DNA of 64,000 bases from an uncultured Methylomirabilota bacterium (GTDB lineage Bacteria > Methylomirabilota > Methylomirabilia > Methylomirabilales > 2-02-FULL-66-22), in contig OY970067.1 of the NCBI GenBank assembly GCA_963705305.1, forward strand, positions 3,712,001-3,776,000, read 5' to 3'. Both the position numbers and the translations under genes were made by a program. How positions within the stretch are numbered: the first letter of the stretch is position 1; each line of letters starts with the position of its first letter. Shown here piece by piece: positions 51,403 to 61,088 of this stretch. The notes under the pieces are model-generated. The model did no database searches and had not been told where the DNA came from. It saw only the letters and a list, made by a program, of their open reading frames with translations.

Positions 51403-53097
51403 ATGACTGCCATTGACAGCTGGAAAAAAGTTGCGATTTTATTTCTAATTGCCGGGTGGTTAGTCTACGGGAACTCTCTGGTCAATGGATTCGTCGGCGA
51501 TGATGAAGATCAGATTGTCAAGAATCTCCCCTTGCATGATATCAGAAACGCAGCCAGGTTTTTCCAGGGCAGTATGTTCTATTCCGGGGGGGCTCGCACT
51601 GTAACAGGCAATTACTATCGTCCATTGGTATCAGTCCTGTGGTCAGCAATGTATAGCACCTTCGGTAGCGGCCCATTTTGTTTTCGCTTCGTTCAAATCA
51701 GTCTGCATATCACGAATAGTATATTCGTCTTCATCGTCCTAAGATATTTCCTCAGCCCATTGACCAGCATCTTCCTCTCCCTCGTATTTTTGCTTCACCC
51801 CATCAATACGGAATCAGTGATCTACATTTCAGGCTTTGGGGACGTACTCTTTTTCTTCTGGGGAATATTGGCTTTAGCTTGCGCACTTAAGAGAAATGCT
51901 TCACTGGCGACCAACTGGCTGATGGCAGCTTTTCTCTTGATGTCCCTCTTATCCAAAGAAACGGGAATCGCCTTTGTAGTGTTACTCAGCGCGGACGTTC
52001 TCCTTAGGCGGCGAGGACGCAAGCTTTTGCTCTATCCCTGCGCCGCGGTGATTAGTTACTTCATGCTCCGATTTGGACTCGGCCATATCTATCTGAATGA
52101 AGCGGCAGTGTCGCCAATCATGAAAGCGGGCATTACCGATCGACTCCTGACCATGCCCAAGGTATTTGCTACCTATCTGACGACTTTTCTGTTTCCACGT
52201 AACCTGGCGTTTGCGCAAGAATGGCTGGTGAGGTCAGCAAGCCTTCATGATTTCTGGACACCCTTAGCCGCCGGTGGGTTATTTTGTATCGCGGTAGGGT
52301 TCCTAGGAAACAGATTGCTAGGAACGAGCCAAATGCTCCGGACATTGGTTTTCTTCTTGGTGTGGTTTGGGCTGGGAATCGGGCTGCATTTGCAACTCGT
52401 TCCAGCAGATATGACCTATGCCGATCGATACTTTTATTTTCCCATGGTAGGACTGTTGGGACTGTTTGGTCTCGGAATGGAGCAACTTCCAGTCTCCAAG
52501 GAGAAAGTCCCCCTAAAGAGTATATTAGGCTCGGTACTGTTGATACTCTTGGCGGGGCGAACGGTAGCGAGAACCTTTGACTTTCGGAGCGGGTACACCC
52601 TCTATACTCACGACAGTAGAATAAACACTGACAGTTTCGCGCTGGAAAATGACTTGGGGGCGGAACTGACCAGAAGGGGAAATTACGCTGCGGCAGAAGG
52701 GCACTTGAAGAAATCAATCAGCCTCTTCCCATACTTTCTCAATTGGAACAACTTGGGTGTCGTGTATGCGAAAACGGGACAGCCCGAGAAGGCATTAGCT
52801 GCCTTTTCTGAATCCCTAAAGAATGCGCAGTTTTATGTGGCGTACGAAAATATCGCAGGATTATTCGTCTGGGTGAAAGAGTCCGATCGGGCGATTAGTT
52901 TCTGCCAAGATGCTCTCAAGAGATTTCCCGAGGACCCTAAGCTCTGGCTGTATCTGGCACTGGCTGAGTACGAAAATGGAGACAAGAAAGAAGCAATATG
53001 GGCAGCTCGGAACGCTTATGCAATTGACCGGTCCCCGGAGAGTGCCTATGTGGTTGACAGAATTGTGAGGAATATGGACATTGTTCTAAGACCCTAA
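51403..53097 (+). CDS. GT-C-type membrane glycosyltransferase-like protein with C-terminal TPRs (TMTC-like)
   Basis: FVGDD, YYRPL, LHP...ESV, SKE, ADRYFY motifs; many TM helices; NNLG TPR. Confidence 0.8.
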   Translation: MTAIDSWKKVAILFLIAGWLVYGNSLVNGFVGDDEDQIVKNLPLHDIRNAARFFQGSMFYSGGARTVTGNYYRPLVSVLWSAMYSTFGSGPFCFRFVQISLHITNSIFVFIVLRYFLSPLTSIFLSLVFLLHPINTESVIYISGFGDVLFFFWGILALACALKRNASLATNWLMAAFLLMSLLSKETGIAFVVLLSADVLLRRRGRKLLLYPCAAVISYFMLRFGLGHIYLNEAAVSPIMKAGITDRLLTMPKVFATYLTTFLFPRNLAFAQEWLVRSASLHDFWTPLAAGGLFCIAVGFLGNRLLGTSQMLRTLVFFLVWFGLGIGLHLQLVPADMTYADRYFYFPMVGLLGLFGLGMEQLPVSKEKVPLKSILGSVLLILLAGRTVARTFDFRSGYTLYTHDSRINTDSFALENDLGAELTRRGNYAAAEGHLKKSISLFPYFLNWNNLGVVYAKTGQPEKALAAFSESLKNAQFYVAYENIAGLFVWVKESDRAISFCQDALKRFPEDPKLWLYLALAEYENGDKKEAIWAARNAYAIDRSPESAYVVDRIVRNMDIVLRP

Positions 53098-53238
53098 ATC
53101 GTCCGGACGCATCTATTCTCTTGATCTACCACCGCAACCGGAGTCTCGTGCCTTTCCAGGTTTCGCCTCACCCCTCCACACCTTGACTGACCCCGGCCAC
53201 CGTATTGAAACCCACAGCTCCCAGTGCCCAGGGTCGAC

Positions 53239-53439
53239 CTACCCGCTACACAAAGGTGTTGAAGATTCGCTTGTCAATAGGCGCGATTCCTCTGTGGTTA
53301 CAGCGCATTCCGTCCTTTTCGGATTGAGCTGACATCGAGGAAGATTTCTTCCCCGACAAGGCGTTCCGATTCGGTCAACCAATTCATGCCGTTACTAGCG
53401 AAACGCCGACCGTTATCAACACCTTTGTGTAACGGCTAG
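53239..53439. mobile_element. 201-bp MITE with IS4/IS50-like ends, family C
   Basis: 24-bp TIR CTA(C/G)CCG(C/T)TACACAAAGGTGTTGA; 9-bp direct repeat AGGGTCGAC at 53230-53238 and 53440-53448. Confidence 0.9.
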
Positions 53440-53499
53440 AGGGTCGACCTCGATGGGGACCCGTGCAGGCCTCGAACTGGGCACCTCATTGGAGCACCA

Positions 53500-53690
53500 C
53501 CCAGAGTTATTCTCCATACCCGGATTGCTTCCAGATTTTCCGGAGGGTATGTCCAATCTCGTCCTGAATAATGCCGCATGATTTCATTTAGGCCGTGAAT
53601 CCTACTCGGGAGTTCTGTTAATTCCCGGATATGGCCGTATCCGATGACGCTTTGCAACGAGAAAGTGCATCGGCAGGGATTGCTGTCATC
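53500..53690 (-). pseudogene. C-terminal remnant of a pyridoxamine-5'-phosphate oxidase-like (NimA) gene
   Basis: DSNPCRCTFSLQSVIGYG...IMRHYSGRDW...IRVWRI aligns with the product of 58351-58824. Confidence 0.85.
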
Positions 53691-53910
53691 CCTATGTTTG
53701 GAGCAGAGCCCTGCACCATCCAAAATGGTCTCGTCGAGTCGAGAAGCGGCGCGACTCCCGTCGGCTCCGGCGATGCGGCAAGGCTCCGTCCGCCGATTCC
53801 ACGCCTGAAGCCGGCGTGGCGGAGGTTCCCACCGATCTCTCCCGGGGAGTGCGCGCCTGTGGCAGGAGGGGCCTCTTTCGAGGACAGGTTCGATCGGGCG
53901 GAAGGTTGGC

Positions 53911-54897
53911 TTACCCCCCAGCGCGGAGCTGGACGGTGCTCCGGTTGCTCCTCGCCAGGTCCGCCTCGCGAGCGCCGGCAACCTTTACTTCCGTGGGATC
54001 GAAAAGGTATTTGAGCGGATTCACGGCGGCGCCATCGACCAGGACCTCATACAGGACGTGCGGGCCGGTCGCCAATCCCGAGATCCCGATGCGGGCGATG
54101 ATCTGGCCTCGCTTCACCCATTGCCCTACCCGTACGACGATGGTGCTCGCGTGGGCGTACAGGGTCTCCACCCCCTGCCCGTGGTTGAGGAGGACCATGT
54201 TGCCGTAGTTTCCCCGGAAGCCGGCGAACGACACAACCCCGTCGGCCGCGGCTAGGATGGGGGTACCGAGAGGGGCGGCGATGTCCACCCCTTTGTGCAT
54301 CTCGGGTTCACCCGTGAATGGCGACGCCCGATAGCCGTATCCGGACGTCAGCAACCCCCGTGCCGGCCAGATGCTCGGCATGGAGGCCAGCAACGCGCGC
54401 TCTCTCTCGAGGAACTCCTGGAGCTCACGAAAGCCCTGCTCGCGCTGGATGATCTCCTCCCCCAGGGCCTCCAGGTCCGATCCTTTCAGGACCGCCTGGT
54501 GGCTGGGGCTTTTGGACTCGGCCGCCCGGGATGCGGCCTGGCGGGATATCCCGGGCGCGTCCGGGGCTGGCCTGCTATCCTGGTCGGACCGGCCGTCGAG
54601 GCCGGCCAGTCTGCGCACCTGCCGATCCAGGCCGCGCAGCTTCGCCAGATCGCTCTCGAGTTGGCTCACTCTGGCGACCGCGAGGCTCCGGGTCGGCACC
54701 TGCTGGCGGAGCAGCTTCAGCTCCGGCAAGGGGACGCTCAGGGTCATGTACTGGTATAGGCAGTAGGCGAACGTGAGGAGAAAGGCCGCCGTCACCGCCG
54801 ACGCCGCCACGACGATGCACGCGCTGATGTGGAACGTCCGTGCGGGTACATCCGGCTCGGAGAGGATGAGCACCGTGTAGAATCGTTTGGCCATCAC
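53911..54897 (-). CDS. M23-family metallopeptidase with TM and coiled coil
   Basis: PSIWP, HKGVD, YAH, ATGPHVLYEV. Confidence 0.92.
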   Translation of the reverse strand: MMAKRFYTVLILSEPDVPARTFHISACIVVAASAVTAAFLLTFAYCLYQYMTLSVPLPELKLLRQQVPTRSLAVARVSQLESDLAKLRGLDRQVRRLAGLDGRSDQDSRPAPDAPGISRQAASRAAESKSPSHQAVLKGSDLEALGEEIIQREQGFRELQEFLERERALLASMPSIWPARGLLTSGYGYRASPFTGEPEMHKGVDIAAPLGTPILAAADGVVSFAGFRGNYGNMVLLNHGQGVETLYAHASTIVVRVGQWVKRGQIIARIGISGLATGPHVLYEVLVDGAAVNPLKYLFDPTEVKVAGAREADLARSNRSTVQLRAGG

Positions 54898-55518
54898 CGT
54901 TTCCTGGCGATCCCCGCCGATTCCGCCGGGATCTCCTGGCCGCCCTGGCGACGGGCGCAGCGGGCCTTCTCTGGCTACCGGGCGGGGGAGCCTGACCCAG
55001 CTCGCGCGTCGAGGCGGGGCAGGAGCTCTTCACCAAACAGCAGGCGGAACGTAGCACAGGTCCAAAAGAGCTGTCAATATTAAGATGGCTCCCTGCCACC
55101 CGCCTACAGAACTGTCGCTTTCCGCTGGTCGAAAAAGGGGAAGGCCCCCTGATACTCTCACGGTGAGGCGTTATCTGAGCTCTGGAGAGGACTGGCTGGA
55201 TGAAGCGCCGGTCTTCACGGGGCAGGGGGTTCGCTCAGCTTGAATGGGGTCCGGGGGGGCTGCTGCGGTTGCGAGGTCCCGCTTGACCCGCCATTCTTCG
55301 AATGGTAGCGTCCGCCTGACGCCGGATCTCCCGGGCGAGGTGCCGTGCGCTCAGCCGTCTCGGCGCCGCTCTGCTCCCTGTGGGCCGCCGCTTTCGGCGA
55401 TGCGGGGTTCGGGGGGTTCATCGAGTGATTTTCCAGTGACAGACAGCAAGAAGGAAAATGGGCGCCCGGATCTCCAATCCCTGACCCCTGAGTTCCGCGC
55501 CTACACGGATTCCCGTCC

Positions 55519-56829
55519 ATGACCCGATCCCATGTGTCGCCGCTCGCCCGGCTCTTGACGTCCGCCGCCGCCATCGAACCCTACGAGATGAAGGCGGTGG
55601 TCCTCTCGTTCATCTATTTCGCCTGCTTGATGGCCAGCTACTTCGTCCTGCGGCCGGTGCGGGACGCCATGGGCACCGTCTACGGTATGCGCCATCTGCA
55701 GGAGCTGTTCACCGGCACGTTCGTGGTCAGCTTCCTGCTCGCGCCGGTGTACGCCGGGCTGACCTCGCGGGTCAAGCTGTCGAACTTCCTCCCGTGGGTC
55801 TATGGCGTCATCGCGCTCACGATGCTGGTCTTCTACGCGCTGTTCGCGCGCGTGGCGCACGACCGGTGGGTGGCCGCCGCCTTCTTCGTCTGGGTCAGCA
55901 CCTTCAACGTCCTGACAATCTCGGTCTTCTGGAGCCTCATGGCTGACACGTTTTCGCGCACCCAGGCCAAGCGGCTGTTCGGCGTCATCGCGGCGGGAGG
56001 CACCCTCGGGACCGTGGCGGGCCCGGCGGTCACGACGCTCTTCGTGAACCTGGTGGGGACGAACACGCTGCTCGTGATCTCGGCGGCCGGCTTCGTCGTA
56101 ACGGCGTGGCTGGTGCGCCTGCTCGAGCGAGAAAAGCAGAAGCTGCGTGCGAGGGGCGATGCGCAGGAGACGACGCTCGATCGCACGCTGGCGGGGAATC
56201 CGTTCGACGGCTTCAGCCTGCTGGTCAAATCGCGGTACCTGCTGCTGCTCTCGCTGTTCCTCCTCTTGATGACCTGGATCTCCACGATCGTCTACTTCCA
56301 GCTGGGAGCCTTGATTTCGGACGCGTTCGCCAGCCGCGAGGCGCGCACCCAGGCCTTTGCGGCCATCGACCTCGTCGTGAACGGCGCCGCCTTTTTCATC
56401 CAGCTGTTCGGAACGGGCCGGATCATCCGCCGGTACGGGGTGACCGCGGGCTTGCTGCTGAACCCGGTCATCATGGTCATCGCGTTCCTGTCCATCGCGT
56501 TCTCACCCGTGCTGATGGTGCTCGCGGTGATGCAGGTATCCCGGCGCGTGGCCGAATACGCGGTCGCGAAGCCGACACGCGAGATGCTGTTCACGGTCGT
56601 CGATCAGGAAAGCAAATACAAGGCGAAGAACGTGATCGATACGGTCGTCTACCGGTTCGGTGATGTCAGCTCGGCCTGGTTCAGCGCGGCCGTGCTCCCG
56701 TACGGCGTGGCCGGGCTCGCCATCTCCGGCATCGTCGTCTCAGCGATCTGGTTCCCGATCGCCCTGATGCTGGGGAGACAATACGAGCACGTCCGCAGCG
56801 GAGAGCTCGTGGGTAGCGCGGCGACGTAG
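55519..56829 (+). CDS. MFS transporter of the NTT / ATP-ADP translocase-like family
   Basis: LRPVRD, FWSLMAD, KRLFG, REMLFT, KYKAKNVIDT.VYR.GD. Confidence 0.85.
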   Translation: MTRSHVSPLARLLTSAAAIEPYEMKAVVLSFIYFACLMASYFVLRPVRDAMGTVYGMRHLQELFTGTFVVSFLLAPVYAGLTSRVKLSNFLPWVYGVIALTMLVFYALFARVAHDRWVAAAFFVWVSTFNVLTISVFWSLMADTFSRTQAKRLFGVIAAGGTLGTVAGPAVTTLFVNLVGTNTLLVISAAGFVVTAWLVRLLEREKQKLRARGDAQETTLDRTLAGNPFDGFSLLVKSRYLLLLSLFLLLMTWISTIVYFQLGALISDAFASREARTQAFAAIDLVVNGAAFFIQLFGTGRIIRRYGVTAGLLLNPVIMVIAFLSIAFSPVLMVLAVMQVSRRVAEYAVAKPTREMLFTVVDQESKYKAKNVIDTVVYRFGDVSSAWFSAAVLPYGVAGLAISGIVVSAIWFPIALMLGRQYEHVRSGELVGSAAT

Positions 56830-57024
56830 GAGCGCCACCGGCACGGCGGAGGTCTTGTGCCGACCGTCGTGGGCGCCAGGCCCGGTCAGTATCTCAGCTT
56901 CGGATTTCCCGGCGACTGCATCTTCTCACCCGCGGCGCCGTGGCATATGCATGGATGGTGCTCCTTGGACGCCGCGTGACCCCCGGGGACCCGCAGGAGC
57001 CCAACGCCTGGAGCCCGCAGTCCG

Positions 57025-58173
57025 CTAGTACCCCCGCTCCGGGTCCACCACCGACAGCATCTTGTCGCCCGCCACGTACCGGCGGACGTTCTCCTTCACC
57101 ACCGCGTCCAGGCGCTCCCGCGGGACGTCGGCGCGGCCCGCGACGTGGGGGGTGATGAGGACGTGGGGGGCGCGGAAGAGCGGATGGCCGTCCGGGAGCG
57201 GCTCCGGGTCGGTGACGTCGAGGCCGGCGCCCGCCAGTTTCCTGCTCGTGAGCGCCTCGATCAGGTCGGCCGTGACGACGCTCTTGCCCCGGGCGACATT
57301 GATGAAGAGCGCGGTCGGCTTCAGGACGGCGAAGAACGTCGCGTTGAACAGCCCGGTGGTTTCGGCGGTCAACGGCGTCGCATTCACGATGACGTCCGCG
57401 GCCCGCGCGAGCGGCAGCAGCTCGCCGGGCAGCCCGACGTAGCTCACGAACTCGGGCCCCTCGTGCCCGCTGTGCCGCGTCGCGAGCACCCGCATCCCCA
57501 GCGCGTGCGCCCGTTGCGCCACCTCGGTGCCGATCCCGCCCAACCCGACCACGAGCAGCGTCTTGCCGGCGAGCACTTCCAGGCCGGCGGCCGGCGCGGC
57601 GGCCCGCGCCCAGTGCCCCGCCGCCTGCGCGGGCAGCCACACGGGGAGGCCCCGGCTGAGCCCGAACATCAGGGCCAGCACGTGCTCGGCGATGATCGGG
57701 GCCTGGACATGCTGCGCGTTGGTCAGGAGGATCTTCCGCTGGCGCAGCTCCGGGCGCGCGACGCACCCCTCGACGCCGGCGCCGCCGGTCTGGAGCCAGA
57801 ACAGGTGCGGCGCGGCGGCCAGGACGGCCGGATCGCACGCGCCGATGTAGGCGTCGGCGTCCGCCACCGCGGCGAGCGTCTCCGCGCGATCCTCCGCCAG
57901 CACGATCTGGACGCCCGGCGCAGCGGCCCGCAGCTCCGCGATGCTGGCCCCGAGCCCCAGGGCGGCGCTGACGACGATCTTTCTCGGCGGCTTCCAGCCC
58001 GGCACCTGGCGGACCGGCGTGCTCGCCTCAATGAGCCGCAGGTCCGACAGCACCGCGTGTTCCGAGGGCGCCGCCGGCTCCGCCGCCTGCGCCACCCCCA
58101 TCGCGCCCGACACGACAACTATGATCGCAGCCGCGAGCGCCCACCCTCCAGCCGCCACACGTGATCGATCCAT
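57025..58173 (-). CDS. D-2-hydroxyacid dehydrogenase with N-terminal signal peptide
   Basis: GGAGGA SD; MDRSR + hydrophobic core + AQA-A; GLGGIG, VARG, DPEP, PHVAG. Confidence 0.88.
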   Translation of the reverse strand: MDRSRVAAGGWALAAAIIVVVSGAMGVAQAAEPAAPSEHAVLSDLRLIEASTPVRQVPGWKPPRKIVVSAALGLGASIAELRAAAPGVQIVLAEDRAETLAAVADADAYIGACDPAVLAAAPHLFWLQTGGAGVEGCVARPELRQRKILLTNAQHVQAPIIAEHVLALMFGLSRGLPVWLPAQAAGHWARAAAPAAGLEVLAGKTLLVVGLGGIGTEVAQRAHALGMRVLATRHSGHEGPEFVSYVGLPGELLPLARAADVIVNATPLTAETTGLFNATFFAVLKPTALFINVARGKSVVTADLIEALTSRKLAGAGLDVTDPEPLPDGHPLFRAPHVLITPHVAGRADVPRERLDAVVKENVRRYVAGDKMLSVVDPERGY

Positions 58174-58350
58174 CGATGTCCTCCAGGCCTTCGGAGGCAC
58201 AAGGCCACGCGGATCCCCAACGGGGCAACCGAGATGTCTGCGGCGGTGATCCGCTTTCTCTTTCCGGTCTCCCCTGTAGTGCCGCGCCGCATGCGAAGCC
58301 CGTCTGCGCTTTCGTTGCCCGAAGACTATTCCCGGCGCGCCACTGCGATG

Positions 58351-58824
58351 TCAGGAGAGGAACTTATCCTTCGACTGTTTCCCCGTCAGACTCTCGATGG
58401 CGATCCTCCATACCCGGATCGTGTCGAGGCTTTCCGCAGTAAACGTCCAGTCCCTCCCCGAGTAGTGGTGCATGATCTGATTGAGTCCCGAGATCTTTTC
58501 GGCGGGGTCAATCAATTCCCGGACAACGCCATATCCAATCACGCTCTGAAACGAGAAGGTCCATCTGCATGGATTACTGTCATTCGTTACTATGCGAACA
58601 TCATGCTCGAATTCAAAGCAGGCCCGATTATTGGCAGTCAGGAACTCGATCTTCCTTCCTTCTTTCGCGGTATGAAAATAGACCGCCGCCCCATCGTACC
58701 CGAAGGATACGGGAAGAACATAGGGGGTGTTGTCCCGCGCCAGTCCCAATCGGCATACCTGGGATTTCTGGATAACCTGCGAAATGAGTGCCTGGTCGGT
58801 AATTTCCTTGTCCGTGCGTCTCAT
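58351..58824 (-). CDS. Pyridoxamine-5'-phosphate oxidase-like / NimA flavin-binding protein
   Basis: MRR.DKEI, PYVLPVSFGY, YFH...GRK, SVIGYG, TGK. Confidence 0.9.
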   Translation of the reverse strand: MRRTDKEITDQALISQVIQKSQVCRLGLARDNTPYVLPVSFGYDGAAVYFHTAKEGRKIEFLTANNRACFEFEHDVRIVTNDSNPCRWTFSFQSVIGYGVVRELIDPAEKISGLNQIMHHYSGRDWTFTAESLDTIRVWRIAIESLTGKQSKDKFLS

Positions 58825-58874
58825 CCCGATCTCCAAGTGTTGGAAGGGCACCATGCGTCAGGGGCTCTTGTGAA

Positions 58875-59624
58875 CTACGCTCCTGTTCTGGCATGTGAAG
58901 GATATATGGTGAACTCCAGGACAAAGAGGTCCTGATGGCCGATCCGTACCTCGGGGAGAGCCTTCCTGGATGCCGCGCTCCCGATCGCTGCGTCCTGCCA
59001 CGCGGGGACCGTGAGAATGTCCGGAGCGGCCAATTCATAGGTGGCGAGAAATCGCTCCTCCCCGGGGCCGGCGCCATATAGTTTGCGCTCTTCCGTCATG
59101 ATCTGCGAGGTCGCGTCATCCCTCTCGTACAGGCGTGCCCGGAGGACTCCCGGAATGCTGCAGACCGTTGGCAGATGCTCGGTGCCGCACCACTCGGTGA
59201 CGCGGTCGCTCCCGGACCCGGCGGTAAAGCGGACGGCCAGATAGTAGGGGGCGTCAGTGGGCAGCACTTCTCCGGCATGTTGTCGGAGGCTGTAGATGGC
59301 CCGCACGGAGTTCCGGTAGTGGCTCAGGGCTTCCCGGGTCCGCGGGTCGGGCTCATTCATGGATTGATGGTAGGAGTTGCCCGCCAGATCGGAGGCCGCC
59401 GACGTTTCATAGGCGATGAGAAAACCGGGCGCCCCCTCCATTCCGACATACCGGTGCCCCACGTACCATCCAGGGGTATTGATGCGCAGGGTCATATGCT
59501 CCCTGCTGTGCCAGTCCCGGAACGTCGGAATGAATTCGTGGTCGATGTCCGTCCAGATGCCCAAGAGACCGCGGAGGACCTGGCTATTCACGTTCGCCCC
59601 TTCGGGTTCTCTTCCCGAACTCAT
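58875..59624 (-). CDS. Hypothetical protein with two EthD-like (dimeric alpha-beta barrel) repeats
   Basis: Repeated W...EH......PG...R motif. Confidence 0.7.
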   Translation of the reverse strand: MSSGREPEGANVNSQVLRGLLGIWTDIDHEFIPTFRDWHSREHMTLRINTPGWYVGHRYVGMEGAPGFLIAYETSAASDLAGNSYHQSMNEPDPRTREALSHYRNSVRAIYSLRQHAGEVLPTDAPYYLAVRFTAGSGSDRVTEWCGTEHLPTVCSIPGVLRARLYERDDATSQIMTEERKLYGAGPGEERFLATYELAAPDILTVPAWQDAAIGSAASRKALPEVRIGHQDLFVLEFTIYPSHARTGA

Positions 59625-60118
59625 TCCGTCTGATAGCAGGCGACAATCTCGCCGAAATAGAGCGTGTGGTAATCCTTTTTCGGATAGATTTCATCGAGCT
59701 CCCTGTCCAGCATTTTTGGATCCAGGGCACTCTTGTACAGCCGTCGACACTCGTAATGGTAGCCCGGGATATCGAGCACCGGGGAACTGACCTTCTGGGC
59801 GTTCCGCGTGGCGAGCTTGCACTCCTTGAGCTTGTCGACCGTCCGGCCGGACATCGAGCCGCAAAACTCAAGCTCTTTTCGCATGTCCGTCGTCGGCACG
59901 CTGATCGTGAAGCTCTCCGCACCTTCCATCAGCCCGAAGGTGTGCCGGCTGTTGCGCACGGCGACCATGAAAACAGATCGCCGCCAGAGAATTCCGACGA
60001 GGCCCCAGCCGATGGTCATCACATTCGTCCGGCCACCGGACGTGACGGTCAGAAACGCTCCCTCCTGGATGTGCTTCATGATGGGCGGGACGATGTCAAA
60101 TTCATTTACCTTCTTCAT
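59621..60118 (-). CDS. Flavin reductase-like (flavoredoxin) protein
   Basis: NVMTIGWG, VR.SRHT, CGSMSGR..DK, ECR, H..YFGEI. Confidence 0.9.
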   Translation of the reverse strand: MKKVNEFDIVPPIMKHIQEGAFLTVTSGGRTNVMTIGWGLVGILWRRSVFMVAVRNSRHTFGLMEGAESFTISVPTTDMRKELEFCGSMSGRTVDKLKECKLATRNAQKVSSPVLDIPGYHYECRRLYKSALDPKMLDRELDEIYPKKDYHTLYFGEIVACYQTE

Positions 60119-60537
60119 AGGGGATCTCCGTTTCGGAAAATATCTCACCGCCAAGGCGCCAAGCATGGCATGGCTGGGATGACCAGAATGCCAAAGGTCT
60201 GGAACCGCGTCACGTCCCCTGGGGGACCGTTCCGGTGCCCCGAATCACAGTCGCCGGACTCCAGGGACTGTGGAGCCTTGGCGTCATGGCGCTTGAACCG
60301 TTCTTTCAGTTCAACGCCAGATGGAATGCAATCTCTATATCAAAATCGCGAACACATAACAATTCAAATCACCCCCGCTCCCTGACCTCATGGTTCGCTC
60401 CATTGAAATTCCTGCCCGGGTGGTTCGGCTTTGCATATTCTGGGCGGCTCGCCTGGACGAACCCCTTGCGCCTGACCCGCTTCCGGCGCAGAATCGGGCG
60501 GCGAGAATGACCCGTCCCCCGGAAAGGAGGAAGATCC

Positions 60538-61032
60538 GTGAATCCGTACGCTAAGTTCCTCGAGGGTCGCGATCCGCTCAAGGTGGCGGCTGCTACACCG
60601 GCCAGGATCATCGCGCTGATCCGAGGACTCACACCCCGGCAACTGGCCAAACGCCCCGCGCCGGGGAAATGGTCGATCCAGGAGATCGTCAGTCATCTGG
60701 CCGATACGGAAACGGTCATGTGCTGCCGGGCGCGCTGGATCGCCTTCGAGGAAAATTTTACCCTCGTTCCCTTCGACCAGGAGAAGTGGGCGGCGGGCCG
60801 GGCCCGCGAAAAAGAGCCACTGGCGGAGACCCTGGAGCGCCTTCGCGTACTGCGCCGGTCACAGCTTCGCCTGTTCCGCCACGCATCCCCGGAGGAGTTT
60901 CAGCGTGCCGGCTTCCACCCCGAGCGCGGTGCCGTTACGCTGCGCGAGCAGCTGGAGACGCTCGCCGGTCACGACCTGAATCACCTGGCGCAGATAGAGC
61001 GGCTGGCAGGGCAGCAGCGGACCGGGCGGTAG
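60538..61032 (+). CDS. DinB-family protein
   Basis: [35 protein letters not shown] with GTG start. Confidence 0.9.
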   Translation: MNPYAKFLEGRDPLKVAAATPARIIALIRGLTPRQLAKRPAPGKWSIQEIVSHLADTETVMCCRARWIAFEENFTLVPFDQEKWAAGRAREKEPLAETLERLRVLRRSQLRLFRHASPEEFQRAGFHPERGAVTLREQLETLAGHDLNHLAQIERLAGQQRTGR

Positions 61033-61088
61033 AGCGCTTCCGCCCGGGCGGACGACGAGGTGCGTGCGCCGAGTTGCCGCCGTCCGGC

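Larger units (their letters stand above)
46750..53700. mobile_element. Low-GC accessory island directly after rnpB; no integrase seen
   Basis: Abrupt AT enrichment and changed codon usage (by eye), orphan genes, pseudogenes and a MITE; right boundary approximate. Confidence 0.7.

Noticed and set aside
60143..60300. CGCCAAGGCGCCAAG...CTTGGCGTCATGGCG inverted repeat (half copy near 7140)
   Set aside because: Probably a degenerate dispersed REP-like repeat; too decayed to define
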